Below are positions 50,083 to 59,391 of a stretch of 64,000 bases of DNA, one piece after another. The position numbers and the translations under genes were made by a program. The DNA is taken from the NCBI GenBank assembly GCA_019244185.1, contig JAFATB010000025.1, positions 288,001 to 352,000 of the forward strand, in the 5' to 3' direction. This DNA comes from Acidobacteriota bacterium. GTDB lineage: Bacteria; Acidobacteriota; Thermoanaerobaculia; Gp7-AA8. Under the pieces are notes generated by a model. That model saw only the letters and a list, made by a program, of their open reading frames with translations, had not been told where the DNA came from and did not search any database. Every line of letters begins with the position of its first letter. Positions within the stretch are counted from its first letter, which is position 1.

Positions 50083-51302
50083 TGCTGCATCGCCTCGTGT
50101 CGCTGCTCGCGCTCATCCCGCTGACACTGCTCGCACAAACGAACGACACGCCCTTCGACGCCGCCGCGCGCCGCGCGATCGCGGAGACGGTCGCGCGGAC
50201 GTTGGAGACGCGGTACGTCCTGCCGGAGAAGGGCGATGCGCTCGCGAAGGAGGTGCGCGCCGCGAGCGCGCGCGGTGACTACGATGCGGCGGCGACACCG
50301 GAGGCTCTCGCGAACTCGCTCAATCGCCTGCTCGCCTCGGCGAACGATCGCCATCTCGCGGTGCACGCGGCGATGCCGATGCGCCGCGACGGCGTGCTCG
50401 TCGCGGAGGACCTGCGCCGCGACAACTACGGCTTCCGCCGCGTCGAGCATCTCGACGCGAACATCGGCTACCTCGACCTCGGCGGCTTCACGCCGGGCGA
50501 CGAGGCGCAGCGCGTCGCGGCCGGCGCCATGGCCTTCCTCGCGAACAGCGACGCGATCATCGTCGACCTGCGCCGCTGTCCCGGCGGCGCGGCGGACGCT
50601 GTCAACTTTCTGGCCAGCTACTTCTTCGGACCGGAGAAACGCGTCCTCATGAATCGCTACCACCGGGCGACGAACACCTCGATGGAGAGCACGACCGTCG
50701 ACGTGCCCGGGAAGCGCCTGACGGACACGCCGCTCTACGTGCTCGTCGGCCCACATACGGCGTCGGCGTGCGAGTCGTTCTCGTACACGCTGCAGCAGTG
50801 GGGTCGCGCGAAGATCGTCGGCGAGCGTACGGCCGGCGCGGGCTACAACAACGAGCTCGTGCCGCTCGGCCACGGACTCGTGTTCTCCGTCTCCGCCGGC
50901 ACCGCCATCCATCCGCGCTCGAAGAGAGGATGGGAAGCCGTCGGCGTGCAGCCCGACCTCCCCGCGCCCGTCGACCGCGCGCTCGACTTCGCGCGCGCCG
51001 CGATCCTCGGCGTGAAGCCCGCCGCCGCCGAGCCGGTGCAGCCCGCGGCCGCGGTGCCGCCCATCCGTCCCGGCGATTACACCGGCACCTACGGCAACAA
51101 GGAGATCAGCATTCGCGAAGGGGCGCTCTACTACCAGCGCATCGGCGGAAGCGGCGGCACGCTGCATCCGCTCGGCAACGATCGTTTCGACCTCGGCGGA
51201 GAAGCGGTCGTCACGTTCTTTCGCGACGCGAGCGGCAAGGTCACGCGCCTCCGCCTCGAGTGGCCGGGACATCCGGTCGAGGAGTACGACCGCGCTCCGT
51301 GA
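50079..51302 (+). CDS. S41 family peptidase (IRBP-like), secreted
   Basis: NIGYLDL, IIVDLRRCPGG, TASACESF, VGERTAGA, WEAVGVQPD. Confidence 0.88.
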   Translation: MMLHRLVSLLALIPLTLLAQTNDTPFDAAARRAIAETVARTLETRYVLPEKGDALAKEVRAASARGDYDAAATPEALANSLNRLLASANDRHLAVHAAMPMRRDGVLVAEDLRRDNYGFRRVEHLDANIGYLDLGGFTPGDEAQRVAAGAMAFLANSDAIIVDLRRCPGGAADAVNFLASYFFGPEKRVLMNRYHRATNTSMESTTVDVPGKRLTDTPLYVLVGPHTASACESFSYTLQQWGRAKIVGERTAGAGYNNELVPLGHGLVFSVSAGTAIHPRSKRGWEAVGVQPDLPAPVDRALDFARAAILGVKPAAAEPVQPAAAVPPIRPGDYTGTYGNKEISIREGALYYQRIGGSGGTLHPLGNDRFDLGGEAVVTFFRDASGKVTRLRLEWPGHPVEEYDRAP

Positions 51303-51331
51303 GCATCGCGCGCCAATCGCGCACCGCATGC

Positions 51332-51532
51332 ATGCGACCGCGCATCGCATTCACGACATCGCCCCATATCATTCATCCCACCGCGCGACGCGTGAATGCG
51401 ATCGCGCATCGCATTGACGATATCGCCGCATATCCTTCATCCCATCGCGCGACGCATTCATGCGATCGCGCATCGCATTCACGAGATCGCCCTATATCCT
51501 TCATCCCATCGCGCGAAGCGTTCATGCGATCG
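51332..51532. repeat. Intergenic tandem repeat, 64-bp unit x3 plus a partial copy, with internal palindrome
   Basis: Units start at 51332, 51396, 51460 and 51524 (atgcgatcgcgcatcgcattcacga…catatccttcatcccatcgcgcg…). Confidence 0.85.
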
Positions 51533-51596
51533 ATCGCCGGCATTCAGCGTCGCAACGGCATTGCGTCATCTACCCTGCGCGCTTCAGAATCCGGCG

Positions 51597-52034
51597 ATGC
51601 CTGTGGATCTGACCAAGCTCTTTCAGATCGATGATGACGGGAAGCTCTTCATCTCTCCGGTTATCCGAGACTGGGCGATCGTCTCGTCGTACGGCGTCAA
51701 TACCGTGATCGACCTCGAGGGCGGCTTGGACGACTGCATCCCGACGGTACCGAACGGCTGCCTGTACGTGTACTTCCCGATCTACGACGAACAGCTGCCG
51801 GACCTGGCCCGCCTCGAGGCGATCGCAAACATGGGCGCGTACCTCATCGCCAACGGGCACGCGTTGCTTTCGCACTGCGGCATGGGCTTCAACCGGTCGG
51901 CGCTGATCGCGGGGCGCATCCTGCACCGGCTGGGCATGCCGGGCCCGGACGTCGTCGAGCGACTTCGCGAGCGGCGTCCCGGCGCGTTGTTCAACGACAT
52001 CTTCGCCGAGCACCTTCGAAGCCTGACGCAGTAG
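51597..52034 (+). CDS. Dual-specificity/protein-tyrosine phosphatase family protein
   Basis: VIDL, FPIYD, HCGMGFNRS (HCx5R). Confidence 0.85.
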   Translation: MPVDLTKLFQIDDDGKLFISPVIRDWAIVSSYGVNTVIDLEGGLDDCIPTVPNGCLYVYFPIYDEQLPDLARLEAIANMGAYLIANGHALLSHCGMGFNRSALIAGRILHRLGMPGPDVVERLRERRPGALFNDIFAEHLRSLTQ

Positions 52035-52072
52035 CGCGCCGCCAAACCCGTTAGAATCGGCCGCTCCGCTCC

Positions 52073-53038
52073 ATGACCGTCAGCCGCTCTGCCAGTTCCG
52101 GCGCACATTCGCATCCACACGAGCCGGCGTCTGCACGCGCGGCGCAGGAGCGGACGCCGTACGTATCCGTGCTGCTTCCGACGATGCAGGCGTGGCCGGC
52201 GGTGGCGCCCGCGCTCGAATCCCTCCTGACGCAGGGCACGACGGAGAACTTTGAGATCCTCGTCATCGACGGTCACGGCGGCCACGGCTCCGGGACGCAC
52301 GCATCAGGACATCCGCCGATGGTGCGTTGGCTGTCGCATCCCGGCCTCGATACGTTCGGCTTGCGCACCGCGGGTCTGATGGCGGCGAAAGGAACCGTCG
52401 TCGCGATCACGGAAGATCACTGTTTCGTGCCGTCCGACTGGGTCGACTCCATTGCGAAAGCGCATCGCGAGAATGACGCCGTCGCGCTCGTGGGCATCAC
52501 CAAAAATCATCCCGCGTCCGCCACGAGCGCGCTCGATCGCGCGAATTTCGTGCTCACGTTCGCGGGGCAGAACAACGTGCGGCTCGGCATCGACCGGCAA
52601 CGACTTCCGGTGCCGACGAATGTTTCGTTCAAGAGGTCGGCGCTCGCCGCGGCTGGTCTGCAGCCCGGCGATCTCGAATATTTCTGGCTGCACGAGCTGC
52701 GTCAGAGCGAGCAACTCGACACGGCGCCCGGCGTCGTGCTGGAGCACAAACAACGCTGGGGCCGCGCCACGCTCCGCGTGCATTTTGCGAGCGGCTGCTC
52801 CTACGGCGCGTCGGTCCGGCAATGGCCGTGGCGGCCCAGGGCGGCGTGGTGGTTGCGGCTTCCGCTGCTGCCGGTGCGGCTCTTCCGCATGGTCGGGCCG
52901 GATCTCTTCGGCGGCGCCGGCGGCACGGCCGCGGGTGCAGCGGACGTCTTCTGCGTGCTCGCGCTCATCACCGCGAACGTGGTGGGACAGCTGAAAGGTG
53001 CGTTGTTCGGCGCGGGTGCGAGTCGAGGCAAGCTGTGA
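52073..53038 (+). CDS. Glycosyltransferase family 2
   Basis: VSVLLPT, FEILVID, VAITEDHC (DxD-like), NVSFKR. Confidence 0.75.
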   Translation: MTVSRSASSGAHSHPHEPASARAAQERTPYVSVLLPTMQAWPAVAPALESLLTQGTTENFEILVIDGHGGHGSGTHASGHPPMVRWLSHPGLDTFGLRTAGLMAAKGTVVAITEDHCFVPSDWVDSIAKAHRENDAVALVGITKNHPASATSALDRANFVLTFAGQNNVRLGIDRQRLPVPTNVSFKRSALAAAGLQPGDLEYFWLHELRQSEQLDTAPGVVLEHKQRWGRATLRVHFASGCSYGASVRQWPWRPRAAWWLRLPLLPVRLFRMVGPDLFGGAGGTAAGAADVFCVLALITANVVGQLKGALFGAGASRGKL

Positions 53039-53071
53039 CGCGTGACGATGCGCACGATGCGTCTCAACGAA

Positions 53072-53665
53072 CTACGTCTCCTCGCGCGTGATCCACTTCT
53101 CGACGCGCGGCGGCGTCCACGCGTCGAAGCGCGCGAGGAGCGCGGCGGGGTCGCGATCGATAAGCGCGATCGCGCGGTGCGGGTCCTTCACGAACTGCTC
53201 GCGTACGGCGCGGTCGAGGAAGCCCATCAGCGGCTCGTAGAAGCCGTTGACGTCGAGGAAGCCGAGCGGTTTCGCGTGCAGGCCGAGCTGTGCCCACGTC
53301 CAGATCTCGAAGATCTCCTCGAGCGTCCCGAGTCCGCCGGGTAGGGCAATGAAGGCATCGGCGAGATCGGCCATCATCGCCTTGCGCTCGTGCATCGTGT
53401 CGACGATGTGGAGATCCGTCAGCCCTCGATGTCCGACCTCGCGCGCCCAGAGCGCATGCGGGATGACGCCGACCACGCGGCCGCCGCTGGCGAGCACGGC
53501 GTCGGCGAGCTCACCCATGAGACCGACGCTGCCGCCGCCATAGACGAGCGCGATGCCCTCGCGCGCGAGAAGCTGCCCGAGGGAACGCGCGGCTTCGACG
53601 TACGCGGGATCGGATCCGTTGTTGGAGCCGCAGAAGACGCAGATGCGGTCGATCACGGCGCGCAT
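53072..53665 (-). CDS. LOG family nucleotide 5'-monophosphate nucleosidase (TIGR00730-type)
   Basis: [38 protein letters not shown]. Confidence 0.93.
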   Translation of the reverse strand: MRAVIDRICVFCGSNNGSDPAYVEAARSLGQLLAREGIALVYGGGSVGLMGELADAVLASGGRVVGVIPHALWAREVGHRGLTDLHIVDTMHERKAMMADLADAFIALPGGLGTLEEIFEIWTWAQLGLHAKPLGFLDVNGFYEPLMGFLDRAVREQFVKDPHRAIALIDRDPAALLARFDAWTPPRVEKWITREET

Positions 53666-53727
53666 TATGCCGGGAGTGCGGCCGGCGCGGCGGAATTCGC
53701 GGCGCATCCGCGCGTTAACCCGCGCGC

Positions 53728-55674
<1,947 letters not shown>

Positions 55675-55678
55675 GCGG

Positions 55679-56768
55679 TCAGATCGCGTCGGGATCGAAC
55701 TTCCGCTTGGTCCCCTGCTTTTCCTGCTTTTCCTTTTTCGCCTTTTCGGTGGCCAGCGTCGCTAGCTTCCGGCCGCCCTCCATCGCGGGCGCGTAAATCG
55801 GCTTGGTCACGAACAACTCTTTGAACGTGACGTCCTTCTTCTCCGTCGCCGCGAACGAGCGTGACCGTTTTCGCCTTCGCAATCGTGCCCGGCACATCGG
55901 TGGCTTTGTCGTCGTCGGAGTCCCAGTCGAGGAAGTTGTAGCTGGGCTCCGACGGGAGCGCGACCTTCTTCAGATCGGCGGGGAATGGGATGCGCGTCTT
56001 CTGCGTCTGCGTCTTCTTCGCGCCGCGACGGTGCCATGCATTCCAGAGTCCGCGCCGGTGAATTTCACCGTTGGCTTTATTCGCGATGTACGCCTTGACG
56101 GTTGCCGTGGTCACCTTGAACTTCAGGTTGTTCCTGAGCACGTACTGCTCCGCATGCAACATGAGCGGCTGAATGGCCACTGCATTCACCTCGCGCGCGA
56201 AGCGTTCCGCCTCCGCCTCGAGGAGCGCGCTGAAGACGACCGCGGTGCCGTCGCCGAATGGGTTCGCGACGCGGCCCGCACGCTGCTGCACGACGTGCGT
56301 CAGCTCGTGTGCGAGGAGCTGCCGTCCGCGCGGCGAATGCGGATCGTACTGGCCGGGCGCGAAGTGGATGTTCGAACCATGCGTGAAGGCGGTGGCGCCG
56401 AGGGTCTGGGCGGCGGTGCCGGTGTGCACGCGCACGTCGGCGAAGCTCGCGCCGAGCGCGTCTTCCATCCGCTGCCGCACGTCCGCGGGCAGCGGCTGGC
56501 CGGGCATCGGCGCAAAGCTCGCGAGCGCCGGCGGGAGCAGCAGAGCGGAACCGTGCGGCGTCGCGCGGAGCTGCAGCGCGGCGGCGGCTCCCGCGGCGGC
56601 GACGTGCGGCGCCTGCCGCGGCATGCGCGGCTGCGCGACCTGCGCGATGCGCTGCCGCACCCAGTCCGGATCCGCGCCGTGCGCGGCCGCGGCCGCCGCT
56701 CGCTGCAACGTCAGCTGCAACTGCGTCACGCCCGAAGGAAACGAATCCTGAATGACGGATCCGCGCAT
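55679..56768 (-). pseudogene. DUF4157 (eCIS core domain) protein with variable C-terminus, apparent frameshift near 55857
   Basis: GQPLPADVRQRMEDALGASFADVRVH…AFTHGSNIHF…LLAHELTHVVQQ. Coding-like frame switches after …KTVTL to FAATEKKDVTFKELFVTKPIYAP…FDPDAI*. RBS GAGGGGG. Confidence 0.72.
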
Positions 56769-56820
56769 CGCTACCCCCTCCGCCAGAATCCACGGCGGTG
56801 CACGACCCGCAACCGCATGA

Positions 56821-56849
56821 CGCGTGCGGAGCACAACGCTCCGCACGCG
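56821..56849. terminator. GC-rich hairpin CGCGTGCGGAGC-acaac-GCTCCGCACGCG downstream of IPT gene 1
   Basis: 12-bp perfect stem 8 nt after the stop codon, with an identical copy at 58044-58074. No U-tract. Confidence 0.55.
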
Positions 56850-56857
56850 CCCTCTGG

Positions 56858-57913
56858 TCAGTTCGGGGTAATCGTGGTGATGTGCTGGGTCTCGTTGTTC
56901 GTCACCGAGACGAACGCCCAGATCGGCATCGACGGCTGCCCTGCGCCGAGGCGCGGGACCTCGACTTTGACGCTGACGGTGTTCTGGCCGGAGGGCAGCG
57001 CAGCCGGCAGCGGGAAATCCTCGAAGACGCCGTACGCCGGCGTATAACGATCGGTCGCGGGCTGAAGCGGGACCTGAAAGATCTCGTTGTTCACGGTGAC
57101 GTTCACGTGGTCGAACTCATTCGAGAGTCCGTAGATGCGCAGCGTGTTGCGGAAACGCGTATCGATCGGAACTCCCAGGAGGACGATGCGCTCGTCGTCG
57201 AACTGGCTGCGGTGCACCACCGGGATCTCCGTCCCCTGATCGAGCGCGTCGCGGCTGACGTCCTGCACGCGGAGGTTTGCGGCGAGGTCGCCGCTCCTCC
57301 CCTTCTCGACGTAGAACAGTCGGCCGACGCTTTCGGTGCAGTTGGGGACGAGCCTGATTTCGGGGCCGATCGTCATGGCCATGTCCGGGTAGATCGGAGG
57401 ATCGAAGAGCGTGCAACTGGTGTCGTAGCCCCACAAGCGCACCGGCGTGTCCTTCGCCGCCACGCGCACGATCGTGACGAACTCCGAGCCGAAGCGGCCG
57501 TGGGTCGGTTCCGCGTAGATCGGGAAGAGGATCGGATCGAACGCGTCCTCGAACGTACCGGTGTACGTGAAGGCGTTCTCGAGAACCGAGTCGTTTGGAT
57601 CGGAACCGTCGATTTGCGAAAGGCTGACCGACACCGTGCCCGGCAGATGCGGCGGTGTCACGGCGATGACGGTCGTAGAATCGACGAACTCGACGCTTTG
57701 GGCTACCTCGCCGCCAAAGTAGACGGTAGGAGCCGCAAAAGGCGGCGTACAGATGATGCAGCTGTTCGAGAAGCCGGTACCGTGAATCGTCACCGCGGTG
57801 CCGCCTTCGGGCGGTCCCGAGGTCGGAGAAATGGACGTGATCACGGGGCTGGCGGCGGCAGTCAGCGAGAGGACGAGGGCTGCGAGTACGGCGAGGGCAC
57901 GGAGTTTGGGCAT
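56858..57913 (-). CDS. Secreted IPT/TIG domain protein, paralogue 1
   Basis: Signal MPKLRALAVLAALVLSLTAAA, PVITSISPTSGPPEGGTAVTIHGTGF, C-terminal WAFVSVTNNETQHITTITPN. Confidence 0.85.
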   Translation of the reverse strand: MPKLRALAVLAALVLSLTAAASPVITSISPTSGPPEGGTAVTIHGTGFSNSCIICTPPFAAPTVYFGGEVAQSVEFVDSTTVIAVTPPHLPGTVSVSLSQIDGSDPNDSVLENAFTYTGTFEDAFDPILFPIYAEPTHGRFGSEFVTIVRVAAKDTPVRLWGYDTSCTLFDPPIYPDMAMTIGPEIRLVPNCTESVGRLFYVEKGRSGDLAANLRVQDVSRDALDQGTEIPVVHRSQFDDERIVLLGVPIDTRFRNTLRIYGLSNEFDHVNVTVNNEIFQVPLQPATDRYTPAYGVFEDFPLPAALPSGQNTVSVKVEVPRLGAGQPSMPIWAFVSVTNNETQHITTITPN

Positions 57914-58043
57914 GTAGAAGCTCCTTCGATTGCGATTCACGCAATCATCCCGGCTTGATTTTCGATGCGATCACAGCATATTTGATCTAAACCGATCTCC
58001 AGGTGAACAACCCGCAACGCGTGATGTCGCTAATACAGCCTTT

Positions 58044-58074
58044 GCGCGTGCGGAGCACAACGCTCCGCACGCGC
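58044..58074. terminator. Second copy of the GC-rich hairpin, downstream of IPT gene 2
   Basis: gcgcgtgcggagc-acaac-gctccgcacgcgc. Confidence 0.55.
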
Positions 58075-58081
58075 GCTCTCA

Positions 58082-59134
58082 TCAGTTCGGGGTAATCGTG
58101 GTGATGTGCTGCGTCTCGTTGTTCGTGACCGAGACGAACGCCCAGATCGGCATCGACGGCTGCACTGCGCCGAGGTGCGGGACCTCGACTTTGACGCTGA
58201 CGGTGTTCTGGCCCGAGGGCAGTGCAGCCGGCAGCGGGAAATCCTCGAACACGCCGTACGCCGGCGTGTAACGATCGGTCGGCGGGTGAAGCGGGACCTG
58301 AAAGATCTCGTTGTTGACGGTGACGTTCACGTGGTCGAACGCGTTCGAGAGTCCGTAGATGCGCAGCGTGTTGCGGAAACGCGGATCGATCGGAACTCCC
58401 AGGAGCACGATGCGTTGGTCGTCGAACTGGCTGTGGTGCACCACCGGGATCTCCGTCCCCTGATCGAGCGCTTCCCGGCTGACGTCCATCACGCGGAGGT
58501 TTGCGGCGAGATCGCCGCTTTTCCCCTTCTCGACGTAGAACAAGCGGCCGACGCTTTCGTTGCAGTCGGGGACGAGCCTGGTTTCCTCGCCTACGATCAA
58601 CGGGATGTCGGGGTACGCGGGCGGATCGATGATCGAGCAACTGGTGTCGTATCCCCACAAGCGGACCGGCGTCTCCTTCGCCGCCACGCGTACGACGGTG
58701 ACGAACTCCGAGCCAAAGCGACCCGGCGTCGGTCGCGCATAGATCGGGAAGAGGATCGGATCGAACGCGTCCTCGAACGGATCCGTATAGGTGAAGGCGT
58801 TCTCGAGAACCAAGTCGTCCGGATCGGCTCCGTTGTTTTGCCAAACGCTGACCGTCACCGTTCCGGGCAGATGCGGCGGTGTTACGGCGATGACCGTCGT
58901 GGAGTCGACGAACTCGACGTGTGAGGCCATCACGTCGCCAAAAAAGACAGTAGGGTCCTGAATGGGCGGGCAGATGATGCAATGGGTCGAGAAACCGCTG
59001 CCGTGAATCGTGACCACCGTGCCGCCTTGGGCCGGCCCCGCGGTCGGAGAAATGGATGTAATGAGGGAGCTGGCGGCGGCAGTTAGCGAGAGAACGAGGG
59101 TTGCAAGAACGGCGAGGGCACGGAGTTTGGGCAT
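58082..59134 (-). CDS. Secreted IPT/TIG domain protein, paralogue 2 (tandem duplicate)
   Basis: Nearly identical C-terminal half to paralogue 1; upstream region also duplicated. Confidence 0.85.
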   Translation of the reverse strand: MPKLRALAVLATLVLSLTAAASSLITSISPTAGPAQGGTVVTIHGSGFSTHCIICPPIQDPTVFFGDVMASHVEFVDSTTVIAVTPPHLPGTVTVSVWQNNGADPDDLVLENAFTYTDPFEDAFDPILFPIYARPTPGRFGSEFVTVVRVAAKETPVRLWGYDTSCSIIDPPAYPDIPLIVGEETRLVPDCNESVGRLFYVEKGKSGDLAANLRVMDVSREALDQGTEIPVVHHSQFDDQRIVLLGVPIDPRFRNTLRIYGLSNAFDHVNVTVNNEIFQVPLHPPTDRYTPAYGVFEDFPLPAALPSGQNTVSVKVEVPHLGAVQPSMPIWAFVSVTNNETQHITTITPN

Positions 59135-59206
59135 GTAGACGCTCCTTCGATCGCGATCACGCAATCTTTCCGGCTGATTTTTGATGCGATAACAGCATAA
59201 TCCGAA

Positions 59207-59246
59207 CGAGCGCCTCTTCCGGTGAACAAACCGCAACCGCGTGACG
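59207..59246 (+). repeat. 40-bp perfect direct repeat, copy 1
   Basis: cgagcgcctcttccggtgaacaaaccgcaaccgcgtgacg, identical at 62054-62093. Degenerate copies near 56796-56822 and 57996-58026. Confidence 0.9.
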
Positions 59247-59342
59247 GAGTCGATCCGCATCTGCGAGCCGATGCTCGATCACTCGCGGTGTGCCGGCGAG
59301 GCGAAGAACGCGAAGAAGCGGCGGCGGCGGGTCAGCGGTCAG
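59241..59342 (+). pseudogene. Degenerate duplicate of the typA 3' end
   Basis: gtgacggagtcgatccgcatc…ctcgatcactcgcg…gaggcgaagaacgcgaagaagcggcggc…gg.t.agcggtcag matches 55567-55682. Confidence 0.85.
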
Positions 59343-59372
59343 GGTAGGGAACTTTTGATTCGCGGCTCTCCT
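59343..59372 (+). promoter_or_regulatory. Shared upstream motif copy 3 (GGTAGGGA-N12-CGGCTCTCCT)
   Basis: ggtagggaacttttgattcgcggctctcct, then RBS GAGAGG and the ATG at 59392. Confidence 0.5.
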
Positions 59373-59391
59373 AAAAGCGGGAGAGGAACAC

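Noticed and set aside
51332-51532. Possible CRISPR array
   Set aside because: The units are similar over their whole 64 bp with no unique spacers, and there are no cas genes in the window.
51396-51596. N-terminal extension of the phosphatase ORF
   Set aside because: It is read-through of the 64-bp repeat; the real start is more likely the ATG at 51597.
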